Shown here in pieces: positions 26,401 through 42,709 of a DNA stretch of 64,000 nucleotides. Position 1 is the stretch's first letter; every line of letters starts with the position of its first letter. The notes under the pieces are model-generated. The model was not told the DNA's origin. It did no database searches and was given only the letters and a program-made list of their open reading frames with translations. The translations under genes and the position numbers were made by a program. The DNA is from Eledone cirrhosa (taxonomy: Eukaryota), in assembly GCA_964016885.1 (NCBI GenBank), contig OZ024740.1:29202001-29266000 (forward strand). Direction: 5' to 3'.

Positions 26401-29400
26401 GTGGTGGTTGTGTGTGGTGGTATATTGCGATGGTAGTGTTGGTGGTAGTGTTGGGGGTGGTATGAGGTGATGGTAGTGTTGGTTGTGGTTGAGTGTGGGA
26501 TTATGTTGTGATGGTAGTGTTGGTGGTAGTGTTGGTGGTAGTGTGAGTGGGAGTATGTTACGATGGTAGTGATGGTGGTCGTATTGGTGGTTGTTGTGTT
26601 TGGTGGTAATGTTGGTGGTGGTTGTGTATGGTGGTACGTTGTGATGGTAGTGTTGGTGGTGGTTGTGTGTGGTGGCATGTTGTGATGGTAGTGTTGATGG
26701 TATTGTTGGTGGTGGTTGTGTGTGGTGTGATGTTGTGATTGTAGTGTTGTTGGTAGTGTTGGTGGTGGTTGTGTGTGGTCGTAGTTTGTGATGGTTGTGT
26801 TGGTGGTGGTTTTGGTGGTGGTTGTGTGTGGTGGTATGTTGTGATGGTAGTGTTGGTGGTAGTGTTGTCTGTGTTGGTGGTGGTTGTGTGTGGTGGTATG
26901 TTGTGATGATAGTGTTGGTGGCAGTGTTGGTCGTGGTTGTGTGTAGTGGTATGTTGTGATGGTGCTGTTGGTGATGGTTGTATGTGGTGGTAGTATTGTG
27001 ATGGTAATGTTGTGATGGTAGTGTTGGTGGTGGTGTTGGCTGTGGTTGTGGTGGTATGTTGCGATGGTAGTGTTGGTGGTAGTGTTGGTGGTAGTGTTGG
27101 TGGTGGTGTCGGTGGTGGTTTGTTGTGATGGTAGTGCTGGTGGAGGTTGTATTTGGTGGTATTTTGTGATGGTAGTGTTGGTTGTTGTTGTGTGTGGTGG
27201 TATGTTGTGATGGTATGTTGCTGGTGGTATGATGTGATGGTAGTGTTGGTGGTGGTTGTGTGTGGGAGTATGTTGTGATGGTAGTTTTTATGCTGGTGTT
27301 GGTGGTGTTTTTTGTGTGGTGGTATGTTGTGATGGTAGTGTTGTTGGTGTGTGTGTGTGGTCGTAGTGTTGTGATGCTAGTGTTGGTAGTGGTGTTGGTG
27401 ATGGTATGTTGTGATGCTAGGGAGAGTGGTGGTTGAGTGAGGTGGTAGATTTGTGATGGTAGTGTTGGTTCTGGTGTTGGTGGTGGTTTTGTGTGGGAGT
27501 ACGTTGTGATGGTAGTTTTGGTGGTAGTGTTGATTGCGGTTCTGTGTGTGAGTATGTTGTGATGGTAGTGTTGGTTGTGGTTCTGTGTGGTGGTGTATTG
27601 TGATGGTAGTGTTGGTCGCGGTTGTGTGTGGTGGTATGCTGTGATGGTAGTGCTGGTGGTAGTGTTGGTGGTGTTATGGTGTGATGGTAGTGTTGGTGGT
27701 ATTGTTGGTGGTTGTTGTGTGTCGGAGTATGTTGTCATGATAGTGTTGGTGATGGTTGTGTGTGGTGGTAGTGTTGTGATGGTAGTGTTGGTGGTGGTGG
27801 TGGTTGTGTGTGGTGGTATGTTGTGATGGTATTGTTGGTGGTAGTGTTTGTGGTGGATGTGTGAGTTTGTATGTTGTGATGGTAGTGTAGGTGGTAGTGT
27901 TTGTGGTGGATGTGTGTGGTGGTATGTTGTGATTGTAGTGTTGATGGTAGTGTTGGTGGTGGTTGTGTGTGGTGGTATGTTGTGATGGTAGTGTTGGTGG
28001 TGGTGTTCGTGTTGGTTGTGTGTGGTGTTTTGTTGTGATAGTAGTGTTGGTGGTGGTGGTGTTTGGTCGTAGTGTTGTAATTGTAGTGTTGGTGGTGGTG
28101 GTGGTTGTGTGTGGTGGTGGTTGTGTGTGGTGGTATGTTGTGATGGTGGTGATGGTGGTAGTGTTGGTGGTTGGGAGGTGGTGGTTGTGTGTGGTGGTAT
28201 GGTGTGATGGTAGTGTTGATGGTTGTTGTGTGTGGTGGTATGTTGTGATGGTTGTGTTGGTGGTAGTGTTGGTGGTGGTAGTGTGTGGTGGTATGTTGTG
28301 ATGGTAGTGTTTGTGGTAGTGTTGGTGGTGGTTGTGTGTGGTGGTATGTTGTGATGGTAGTATTGGTGGCAGTGTTGATCGTGGTTGTGTGTCGGAGTAT
28401 GTTGTGATGGTACTGTTGGTGATGCTTGTATGTGGTGGTAGTATTGTGATGGTAGTGTTGTGATGGTAGTGTTGGTGGTGATGTTGGTTGTGGTTGTGGT
28501 GGTATGTTGCGATGGTAGTGTTGGTGCTAGTGTTGTTGGTGGTGTCGGTGGTGGTTTGTCGTGATGGTAGTGTTGGCGGTGGTTGTGTGTGGTGATCTTG
28601 TGATGGTAGTGTTGGTGGTAGTGTTGGTGGTGGTATGTTGTGATGGTAGTGCTGGTGGTGGTTCTGTGTCGGAATATGTTGTGATGGTAGTGTTGGTGAT
28701 GGTTGTGTGTGGTGGTAGTGTTGTGATGGTAGTGTTGGTGGTGGTGTTGGTTGTGTGTTGTGGTATGTTATGATGGTAGTGTTGGTGGTGGTGTGTGTGG
28801 TGGTATGTTGTGATGGTAGTGTTGGTGGTAGTCTTGGTGGTGGTTGTGTGTGGTGGTATGTTGTGATGTTAGTATTGGTGATAGTGTTAGAGGTGGTTGT
28901 GTGTGGTGGTAACTTGTGATGGTAGTGTTGGTGGTTGTGTTGTTGGTGGTTGTGTGTGGTGGTATATTGTGATGGTAGTGTTAGTGATAGTGTTGGTGGT
29001 GGTTGTGTGTGGTGGTATGTTGTGATGGTTCGGTTGTTGGTGGTTGTGTGTGGTGGTATGTTGTGTTGGTAGTGTTGGTGGTAGGGAGGTGGTGGTTGTG
29101 TGTGGTGGTATGGTGTGATGGTAGTGTTGATCGTTGATGTGTGTGGTGGTATGTTGTGATGGTAGTGTTGGTGGTAGTGTTGGTGGTGGTTGTAAGTCGG
29201 ACTATGTTGTGATGGTAGTGTTGGTGATGGTTGTGTGTGGTGGTAGTGTTGTGATGGTAGTGTTGTTTATGGTAGTGTTAGTGGTGGTGCTGGTTGTGGT
29301 TGTGGTGATATGTTGTGATGGTAGTATTGGTGGTAGTGTTGGTGGTTGTATTGGTGGTGGTGTTAGTGGTGGTTTGTTGTGATGGTAGTGTTGGAGGTGG

Positions 29401-32175
29401 TTGTGTTTGGTGGTATTTTGTAATGGTAGTGTTGGTGTTAGTCTTGGTTGCTGCTGTGTGTCGTGGTAAGTTGTGATGGTAGTGTTGATGTTGGTATGAT
29501 GAGATGGTAGTGTTGGTGGTGGTCGTGTGTGAGAGTATGTTGTGATGGTAGTGTTGATGCTGGTGTTGGTGGTGTTTGTGTGTGGTGGTATGTTGCGATG
29601 GTAGTGTTGGTGGTAGTGTTGGTGGTGATGTTGGTGGTGGTATGTGCGTAGTAGTGTTGGTGGTGGTATGATGTGATGTTTGTGTTGGTGGTGGTCGTGT
29701 GTGGGACTATGTTGTGATGGTAGTGTTGATGCTGGTGTTGGTGGTGTTTGTGTGTGGTGGTATGTTGTGATGGTAGTGTTGTTGGTGGTTGTGTGTGGTG
29801 GTATGTTGTGATGGTAGTGTTGGTGCTAGTGTTAGTGGTGGCATGTTGTGATGCTAGTGATAGTGGTGGTTGTGTGTGGTGGTAGATTTGTGATGGTAGT
29901 GTTGGTTCTGGTGTTTGTGGTGGTTGTGTGTGGGAGTATGTTTTGATGGTAGTGTTGGTGGTGGTGTTGGTGATGGTTGTGTGTGGTGGTGTGTTGTGAT
30001 GGTAGTGTTGGTGGTAGTGTTGGTTGCGGTTGTGTGTGGGAGTATGTTGTGATGGTAGTTTTGGTGGTAGTGTTGGTGATTGTTGTGTGTGGGAGTATTT
30101 TGAGACGGTAGTGTTGGTTGTGGTTCTGAGTGGTGGTGTGTTGTGATGGTAGTGTTGGTGGTGGTTGTGTCTGGGGGTATGTTGTGACGGTAGTGTTGGT
30201 GGTAGTGTTGGTGGTGGTATGTTGTGATGGTAGTGTTGGTGGTAGTGTTGGTGGTGGTTGTGTGTGGTGGTATGTTGTTGTGGTAGTTTTGTTGGTAGTG
30301 TTGGAGGTGGTTTGGTGAGGTGGTATGTTTTGATGGTAGTTTTGGTAGTAGTGTTGGTGGTGGTTGTTTGTGGTGGTGGTATGTTGTGATGGTAGTGTTG
30401 GTGTTAGTGTAGGTGTTGGTTGTGTGTGGTGGTATGTTGTGATGGTAGTGTTGGTGGTAGTGTTGGTGGTGGTTGTGTGTGGTGTTATGTTGTGATGGTA
30501 GTGTAGGTGGTGGTTGTGTGTGGTCGTAGTGTTGTGATGGTAGTGTTGTGATGGTAGTGTTCGTGGTGGTGCTGGTTGTGGTTGTGGTGGTATGTTGTGA
30601 TGGTAGTATTGGTGGTAGTGTTGGTGGTGGTGTTGGTGGTGGTTTGTTGTGATGGTAGTGTTGGAGGTGGTTGTGTTTGGTGGTATTTTGTAATGGTAAT
30701 GTTGGTGGTAGTATTGGTTGTTGCTGTGTGTCGTGGTATGTTGTGATGGTAGTGTTGGTGGTGCTATGATGTGATGGCAGCGTTGGTGGTGGTCGTATGT
30801 GAGAGTATGTTGTGATGGTAGTGTTGATGCTGGTGTTTGCGTGTGGTGGTATGTTGTGATGGTAGTGTTGGTGGTAGTGTTGGTGGTGGTTGTGTGTGGT
30901 CGTAATGTTGTGATGCTAGTGTTCGTGAGGGTATTGGTGATAGTATGTTGTGAGAGTAGTGATAGTGGTGGTTGTGTGTGGTGGTAGTTTTGTGATGGTA
31001 GTGTTGGTGCTGGTGTTGTTGGTGGTTGTGTGTGTGAGTATGTTGTGATGGTAGTATTGGTGCTGGTGTTGGTTGTGGGTGTGTGTGGTGGTATGTTGTG
31101 ATGTTTGTGTTGGTGGTAGTGTTGGTTACGGTTATGTTGGGAGTATTTTGTGATGGTAGTGTTGGTGGTCGTTGTGTGTAGTGGTATGTTGTGATTGTAG
31201 TGTTTGTGGTGGTTGTGTGTGGTGGTATGTTGTGATGGTCGTGATGTTGGTAGTGTTTCTAGTGATTGTGTTTAGTGGTATGTTGTGATGGTAGTGTTGG
31301 TGTTAGTGTTGGTGGTGGCATGTTGTGATGGTAGTGTTGGTGGTAGTGTAGGTGGTGGTTGTGTGTCGGAGTATGTTGTGATGGTAGTGTTGGTGATGGT
31401 TGTGTGTGGTGGTAGTGTTGTGATGGTAGTGTTGGTGGTGGTGGTGGTGGTTGTGTGTGGTTGTATGTTGTGATGGTAGTGTTGGTGATGGTTGTGTGTG
31501 GTGGTATGTTGTGATGGTAGTGTAGGTAGTGGTTGTTTGTGGTGGTGGTATGTTGTGATGGTAGTGTTGGTGTTAGTGTAGGTGTTGGTTGTGTGTAGTG
31601 GTATATTGTGATGGTAGTGTTGGTGATGGTTGTGTGTGGTGGTATGTTGTGTTGGTAGTGTTGGTGGTGGTTTTGTGTGGTGGTATGTTGTGATGGTAGC
31701 GTTGGTGTTAGTGTAGGTGTTGGTTGTGTGTAGTGGTATATTGTGATGGTAGTGTTGGTGGTGGTGGTTGTTTGTGGTGCTATGTTGTGATGGTAGTGTT
31801 GGTGGTAGTATTAGTGGTGGTTGTGTGTGGTGGTATGTTGTGATGGTAGTGTTGGTGGTAGTGTTGGTGGTGGTTGTGTGTGGTGGTATGTTGTGATGGT
31901 AGTGATGGTGGTAGTGTTGCTGGTAGTGTTGGTGTTGTTTGTGTGTAGTGGTATATTGTGATGGTAGTGTTGGTGGTGTTGGTTGTGTGTGGTGGTATGT
32001 TGTGATGGTAGTGTTGGTGGTAGTGTTGGTTGTGGTTGTGTGTTTGGTATATTGAGATGGTAGTGTTTGTGGTGGTTGTGTGTGGTGGTTTGTCGTGATG
32101 GTAGTGTTGGTGGTAGTGTTGGTTGTGGTTGTGTGTTTGGTATATTGAGATGGTAGTGTTGGTGGTAGTTGTGGT
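20424..32175. repeat. GT-rich minisatellite array, core GGTGGTGGTTGTGTGTGGTGGTATGTTGTGATGGTAGTGTT with optional 12-bp GGTGGTAGTGTT modules
   Basis: Many diverged tandem units over ~11.7 kb. Begins as a simpler (GGT)n tract at 20424-20830. Confidence 0.97.
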
Positions 32176-32387
32176 GAGTCACGTGGTTCTGTTGGTTGAT
32201 TTAACTGAAGGTGTCTGTCGTGTGACGTGGTAGCGCTGCTGACGTGTGATGACAGCTGGGTGCCGGAGGTGTTGCTGGTGGTGGAGGAGGGGTGGCAACA
32301 CCATTGACGTCATGGCTTCAATTCTCACCTTGCTTGTTGGTGTTGCCATTGACGACTACCATTACATACAGAAGTCTTGCTTAGGAA

Positions 32388-32773
32388 TGATGATGATGAT
32401 GATGATGTAGATGGTGATGGTGATTGTGATGGTGATGATGGTGATGGTGGTGATGGTGATGGTGATAGTGGTGATGGTGGTGATGGTGGTGATGGTGATG
32501 GTGATGATGATGGTGATGATGATGATGGTGATGGTGATGGTGGTGATGGTGGTGATGGTGGTGATGGGGATTATGATGCTGATGATGATGATGATGATGG
32601 TGGTGATGGGGGTGATGGTGGTGATGATGGTGTTGGTGAGTGTGATGATGATGATGATGATGGTAGTTGTGGTGGTGACGACGATAATGATGATAATGAC
32701 GACTATGATGATCATGACGGCGACGACGACGATGATGATGATGATGATGACGATGATGGTGATGATGATGATG
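32388..32773. repeat. (GAT/GGT)n microsatellite
   Basis: Seen directly. Confidence 0.95.
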
Positions 32774-32974
32774 TGAAGCAAGTCAAAATAGTTAACGTAA
32801 CACAGGTGGGAGACAATGAGAATTTTAAAAATCATTCAAGAAGTAATTTAGGTTTAATTACTTTAATTGGCTAGTGTTTGTTTAACCCAAGGCCAGCCCT
32901 GGTCAAGCTGGCCTTTGATAAAAGGTTTTCTCTTATGACCATCTCATTCTGGTTTTCTTCAGATATGGTCTATC

Positions 32975-33060
32975 TACAAGGATTGGCTGAAAGCTTTATA
33001 GGCCGACCAAGATACTCTCATGGAATGACCAAGCGAGGTTTATTTTTCAACATGGTCCTG
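32975..33060 (+). mobile_element. Second mariner-type terminal fragment
   Basis: Homologous to 20130-20210. Confidence 0.5.
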
Positions 33061-33449
33061 GAAAGAAACAATGCAGTTATTAATAAGAAGAGTTGAAATT
33101 AATGCATGTAAGATTTCGCAGCTCTAGCATCACTCCTTCATATTCAGCCTATGTCGGGGAATAGAAAGGAAAGAGATAAAGAGGTGGTATCGTTTGTGGA
33201 ACAGGAATATTGTAATCGATTAAATCAACCTTAGTATATTACTGTTCGTGCCAGCAGAAATGGAGTTAAAAAGAGTGAAATTTCAAGAAGTACTGATTCG
33301 ACAGCGAGATTCAATGAGAAAAGATGGAATCATTAGGGAAGTTTTTTCTCATTACAGAATGATTATATCTACAGCACACAATGAATCATATTTAACTGGG
33401 TGATGTCTAAAAACATCTGACTGATAAAATGACAGTCAGTCAATCATAT

Positions 33450-33510
33450 AGGTGGCCCCCTCACAGCCTCGGCGGACTGAATGGTGAAGGCGTTTCCCCG
33501 GGGGACGGAA
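33450..33510 (-). pseudogene. Small fragment of the C-terminus of a CRE-clade ORF
   Basis: Minus strand reads VPRGNAFTIQSAEAVRGP, paralogous to VLRGNAFSILSAGVVGSP at ~33670-33725. Confidence 0.6.
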
Positions 33511-33549
33511 GTCACCGGGGTATATGTCAATATATATATATATATATAT

Positions 33550-33960
33550 GAAGCTGTAGATGTTTCGATCTATGACTGTAAATGAGAACTAATATCGTAA
33601 AAGAGAAAAGAAAAGAAAAAGAGAGGTTATATGTCTTAATCCATATGGTGAGAAAATGGGGTCCCACGTGCTGGACTCCCCACAACCCCAGCGGACAGAA
33701 TGGAGAAGGCGTTTCCCCGGAGGACAGCAAGGGAGATTCGCTGGAAAAGCCACTCCAGCTCGCGAGGCTCACACCTGCGGCTGGCTAGCTCAGCGCCTAT
33801 GGTGGTGAATAGGGAGGTAGCCCTAGGGCCGAGGACGCTAGAAGTCTCCACTGCCAAGGGTAAAACCGCAAATCTGTCGGAGACCGACCGGTATTTGAAG
33901 AGTTTGGTCTCCTCAGCCCGACGTGCAGCAGAACTTGGGTTAGTCGCAGACTGCACCAGG
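33550..33960 (-). mobile_element. CRE-clade (restriction-like endonuclease) non-LTR retrotransposon, 3' fragment
   Basis: AARRAEETKLFKY...PLAVET...WLFQRISLAVLRGNA is the characteristic C-terminal RLE region of CRE elements. Short 3' UTR ends at (TA)n 33530-33549. Confidence 0.8.
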
Positions 33961-34399
33961 TTGCAGCTGGTATAAATTACGACACTTTAATGTTGTGTCA
34001 TGTCACCTTTTTATTTTCAATAATTCATAACATGAGATAAGGATGCAGCCTTGACCTGCAAAAAATAACTACGAAATGTTTCCTCAAAACACATCTCATA
34101 TGTTTATTGGTTGCTTTCTATAACTTTCCTTTTTACACTTGTAATTTTCTTGGTATTGCTTATATTCTTGCAACTATTGTTGCTGGTATTGTTGTTAGTG
34201 ATGGCGGTGAGAGGGTTAGCTCCATGTTAGCCCTAATTGAGAAAACCCATGAGCAAAAATATTCTAGTCGCGAACACCCAATCTTTATGTTTAGCACAGT
34301 GTACTCATAATAACAATATGGATCGATTAAATCGAACGACAACACATGATCCCAGACTACATTCGCTTCCCAAGAGGGGTGGAATTTGTCAAATCGAAC

Positions 34400-34580
34400 C
34401 AAAGAAACAGTGTTTCTATTTGTATTTCCATTGCTGCTACCATCTACCGGTCGCAACTCCTGGCAGAATGAGCAACGTGAAATATTGTCTTGGTCAAAGA
34501 CATAACTCATCGCCCGGATCGGAAATCGAATTTGCAAATTCACAATTGCAAATCCAATCGTCTGACAATTTTTCTAAGGC
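34400..34580 (-). mobile_element. tRNA-derived SINE, decayed (same family as 19400-19708)
   Basis: Shares accggtcgcaactcctggcagaa...gaaat..tgtcttg.tcaa with that copy. Confidence 0.55.
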
Positions 34581-34774
34581 GTTAATGTATAGTTGGAGAC
34601 GAACTGACTGAGAGTGTGTCATTTGTATTTTGAACATGTCTCCTGTATGACGATAAATTATTACATTCCTCCTACAAGTTTTGTAGGCCCTGCAAAGGAT
34701 CGTGCTTATTGCAGTTTCTCCTCTGATTAAGACATTAATGACTTTTAATTTAGGCGAAAGATCAGCAATTTGTG

Positions 34775-34930
34775 GGGAGAAAATCAATCATATTAACCCC
34801 AGTATTAGATTTTTGTTATTTTATCGATCTCAGAAGGAAGAACTACATGGTTGACCTCGGCGGGATTTGAACTAAGATAGTAAACAAGCGGGCCAATATA
34901 CTGCTACGGAGGTGTCAGGCGCTCTAACGT
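34775..34930 (-). mobile_element. tRNA-derived SINE (Nin-domain-like), decayed
   Basis: ttattttatcga...gttgacctcggcgggatttgaact is the reverse complement of the SINE at 54801-54984. Confidence 0.65.
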
Positions 34931-35226
34931 GTAAGCAAATCCATCAGCATGACTAAGGCGATAAGGAAGACACAAAGATTTTGATGCGATTTTATTCCTC
35001 GTTAGTTCCCCATTTGATCAAGCTTACACTATATACATATATAGCTTGCAATATATATATATATATATATATATTGTTATGCTTTAGGAGGGTCATGTTG
35101 CCAATAAGAAACACACGCACCAGTTGCTTTCGCTCCAATTTATTATAAGTTAAATTTATAAATTTAAGAATTTATAAATTTCCGGTTGGTTGGTTGGTTT
35201 CACAACCGGACGGTTGTTCATATATT

Positions 35227-35269
35227 TTCAAAGTTCTTTCGTCACACATTATGTGACCCCTTCAGTGAC
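35227..35269 (-). ncRNA. Minimal type-I hammerhead ribozyme-like motif (degenerate)
   Basis: Minus strand gtca-CTGAAGG-g-GTCACA-taatg-TGTGAC-GAAA-gaac-tt-tga. One core mismatch (GG for GA). Confidence 0.55.
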
Positions 35270-35462
35270 TGGGGATTCTTTTCTTTGTTTTTGTGCTTCT
35301 CCTTTGTTCTGTCCATCTTGTTTTTGTGTGTGCTGTGTGTTTAGTTTGCGCATGTGTTACATCCGGGTGTCTGTGTGTGTTTATATTTGTTTATTTATTT
35401 GTTTATTTACATGTTACTGGTTGGTTGATTGTTCTATGTGTGTGTGTGTTTTCATTTTGTCC

Positions 35463-38790
<3,328 letters not shown>

Positions 38791-39371
38791 CCTGTATAGA
38801 TAAGAAATGTATCATCTATAAACTACGCCCCCATATTAACTGTAAAACTTGAAATGTAGTATATAGCATAAGATGTACTGTAGGACAATGTAGAGATAAG
38901 AATATAGTGTACATAGGCGAAACAGCTCGTAGTATAGGAGAACGGATAAATGAACACTAGCGAGAGCTTCAAGATAGAAAAGAATCATCTGTACTCCACC
39001 AACATGCTAAAATAGAACATAAGGGTAAATTAGGGAACATAGAAATAAAAATAGAATCTAGACACAGAAAAGACGCAATGTTTAGACAAATCACAGAGGC
39101 AATAAACATAAATGAACTCCAACCAAAATTAAATAGAAAACATGAATGGAATAGCAACATCACAACTTACAACTAAGGACAAAATGAAAACACACACACA
39201 CATAGAACAAAGAACCTACCAGTAACATGTAAATAAACAAATAAATAAACACATAAACACACAGACACCCGGATGTAACACATGTGTAAACTAAGCACAC
39301 AACACACACAAAAACAAGATGGCGTAGGACAGAACAAAAGAGAGGCTCAAAAACATAGAAAATAATCCCCA

Positions 39372-39413
39372 GTCACTGAAGAGGTCACAGAATGAGTGAC
39401 GAAAGAACTTGAC
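39372..39413 (+). ncRNA. Minimal type-I hammerhead ribozyme-like motif
   Basis: gtca-CTGAAGA-g-GTCAC-agaatga-GTGAC-GAAA-gaact-tgac. Both core boxes, a 5-bp stem II and GTCA/TGAC stem I, in the 3' UTR where Penelope elements carry hammerheads. Confidence 0.65.
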
Positions 39414-39622
39414 AATATATGAACAACCGTCCGGTTGTGAAATCAACCAACCAACCGGAAATTTATAAATTCTTAAATTTCTAAATTTATTTTATAATAA
39501 ATTGGAGTGAAAGAACTGGTGCGTGTGTTTCTTATTGGCAACATGACCCTCCCAAAGTATAACAATATCGGTTTCAACACACGTTTTCAGATAAAGAATC
39601 TTGCTAAACAAATTCAGAAACG

Positions 39623-39665
<43 letters not shown>

Positions 39666-39667
39666 AA

Positions 39668-39925
39668 TGAAAGAAACGCCGGCAAACCCAGCGAGATCAG
39701 GGACCGGATGCCATGGCCACCATATCTGACAGGTAGAGTGGCCTGTTGCCATCCAATGTCGTCAAACCTGACGGTGCATATCATCCTCGGCGGCTGCTCG
39801 GATACAAGTATCGAGGTGAGCTAGGAGAGATGCGTGGCCTGTAGCAGAGAGCGCTGCCAAGGGTATAGAGGGGCCTCGGCATGGCGAAGCAGTCCCTCAA
39901 CAGGTTAACGGAAGTTAGGAAAAGA
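39668..39925 (-). pseudogene. CRE-clade RT C-terminal fragment
   Basis: Minus strand reads LLRDCFAMPRPLYTL... and DIGWQQATLPVRYGGHGIRSLISLGLPAFL, the W.QA.LP...GG.G.R motif. Confidence 0.75.
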
Positions 39926-39997
39926 GCAACACAGAATCCAGCAGGACTTGAAGTGATGATAGAAAGAGGCAGAAATATCATGTTATTTCAGTCTGGT

Positions 39998-42132
39998 GTC
40001 ATACCACTGCTACCATGCCATACCACTCCTACCACTGCTACCACTGCTACCATGCCATACCACTCCTACCACTGCTACCACTGCTACCATGCCATACCAC
40101 TCCTACCACTCCTACCATTGCTACCACTGCAACCATGCCATACCACTCCTACCACTGCTACCACTCCTATCACTGCTACCACTGCTACCATGCCATACCA
40201 CTCCTACCACTCCTACCACTGCTACCATGCCATACCACTCCTACCACTCCTACCACTGCTACCATTCCTACCACTCCTACCACTGCTACCATGCCATACC
40301 ACTGCTACCACTGTTACCATGCCATACCACTCCTACCACTGCTACAACTCCTACCACTGCTACCACTCCTACCATGCCATACCACTCTTACCACTGCTAC
40401 CACTCCTACCATGCCATACCACTCCTACCACGGCTACCACTGCTACCATGCCATACCACTGCTACCAGTGCTACCACTCCTACCATGCCATACCACTCCT
40501 AACACGGCTACCACTGCTACCATGTCATACCACTCCAACCACTGCTACCACTCCTACCATGACATACCACATCTACCACTATTACCACTCCAACCACTGC
40601 TACCACTCCTACCATGACATACCACTCCTACCATGCCATACCATTCCCACCATGCCATACCACTCCTACCACTCCTACCACTCCTACCATTCCATACCAC
40701 TCCTACCACTCCTACAATGCCATACAACTCCTACCATGCCATACCACTCCTACCACTCCTACCATGCCATACCATTCCTACCATGCCATACCATTCCTAC
40801 CACTCCTACCATGCCATACCACTCCTACCACTCCTACCATGCCATACCACTCCTACCACTCCTACCATGCCATACCATTCCTACCACTCCTACAATGCCA
40901 TACAACTCCTACCATTCCTACCACTCCTACCATGCCATACCACTCCTACCATGCCATACCACTCCTACCACTCCTACCATGCCATACCATTCCTACCATG
41001 CCATACCATTCCTACCACTCCTACCATGCCATACCACTCCTACCACTCCTACCATGCCATACCATTCCTACCACTACTACAACTCCTACAACTCCTTCCA
41101 CTCCTACCATGCCATACCACTCCAACCATGCCATACCACTCCTAACATGCCATACCACTCCAACCATGCCTTACCACTCCTACCATGCCATACCACTCCC
41201 AGCATGCCATACCACTCCTACCATGCCTTACCACTCCTACCATGCCTTACCACTCCTACCATGCCATACCACTCCCACCTAGCCATACTACTCCAACCAT
41301 GCCTTACCACTCCTACCATGCCTTACCACTCGTACCATGCCATACCACTCCTACCATGCCATACCACTCCCACATGGCCATACCACTCCAACCATGCCTT
41401 ACCACTCCTACCATGCCATACCACTCCCACATGGCCATACCACTCCAACCATGCCTTACCACTCCAACCATGCCTTACCACTCCTACCATGCCTTACCAC
41501 TCCTACCATGCCATACCACTCCCAGTATGCCTTACCACTCCTACCATGCCTTACCACTCCAACCATGCCTTACCACTCCTACCATGCCATACCACTCCTA
41601 CCATGCCATACCACTTCAACCATGCCTTACCACTCCTACCATGCCATACCACTCCCACATGGTCATACCACTCCAACCATGCCTTACCACTCCTACCATG
41701 ACATACCACTCCCACATGGCCATACCACTCCAACCATGCCTTACCACTCCTACCATGCCATACCACTCCTACCATGCCATACCACTCCAACCATGCCTTA
41801 CCACTCCTACCATGCCTTACCACTCCTACCATGCCATACCACTCCTACCATGCCATACCACTCCAACCATGCCTTACCACTCCTACCATGCCTTACCACT
41901 CCTACCATGCCATACCACTCCTACCATGCCATACCACTCCAACCATGCCTTACCACTCCTACCATGCCTTACCACTCCTACCATGCCATACCACTCCTAC
42001 CATGCCATACCACTCCAACCATGCCTTACCACTCCTACCATGCCATACCACTCCCAGCATGCCTTACCACTCCAACCATGCCTTACCACTCCTACCATGC
42101 CTTACCACTCCTACCATGCCATACCACTCCAA
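39998..42132. repeat. 19-bp minisatellite (CCATGCCATACCACTCCTA) with 9-bp submodules
   Basis: Tandem array seen directly. Confidence 0.97.
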
Positions 42133-42199
42133 CATCAATATCTTACAGATAAACTGATTTAAACATTATCTTATCTCACCATTGGAAATAGTCTAAATC

Positions 42200-42557
42200 T
42201 TGATGTTGATGATGATGGTGATGGTGGTGATGATGATGATGATGGTCATGGTGGTTGTGGTGGTGGTGGTGATGGTGGTGATGGTGGTGATGATGATGAT
42301 GTTGTTGATGATGGTGGTGATGGTGGTAATGGTGATGGCGATGATGATGATGATGATAATGATGATAATGATGATAATGATGATAATGATGGTGGTGATG
42401 GTGGTGATGAGGGTGGTGGTGATGGTGATGATGGTGGTGATGATGGTGATGATGGTGGTGGTGATGGTGATGATGGTGGTGATGATGGTGATGAGGGTGG
42501 TGGTGATGGTGATGATGGTGGTGATGATGGTGATGATGGTGGTGATGATGGTGATGA
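42200..42557. repeat. (GAT/GGT)n microsatellite
   Basis: Seen directly. Confidence 0.95.
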
Positions 42558-42709
42558 GGCTAGCGAGAATGATGAGGAAAAGGGATAATAATAATAACAA
42601 CAACAATAATAAAAACAACACTATATATGAAAAATAATCGATAATCGATAATTGAAGGACGGCTCAAAGCAGCAATATTTCTCCTCCTTGTTCTCTTATT
42701 ATTTGATGA

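Noticed and set aside
20424-32175. Telomeric or subtelomeric repeat
   Set aside because: G/T-rich but with no TTAGGG-type array.
21755-32182. His/Thr/Pro-rich and Val/Cys/Gly-rich ORFs
   Set aside because: Translations of the GT-rich satellite in several frames.
38845-38860. TGA in the inverted GIY-YIG copy as a second selenocysteine
   Set aside because: The other arm has AGA (Arg) at this position, not Cys, so it is ordinary decay.
39881-42162. 606-aa and overlapping PYHSYH/CHTTPT ORFs
   Set aside because: The 19-bp repeat is open in all three frames; compositional artefact.
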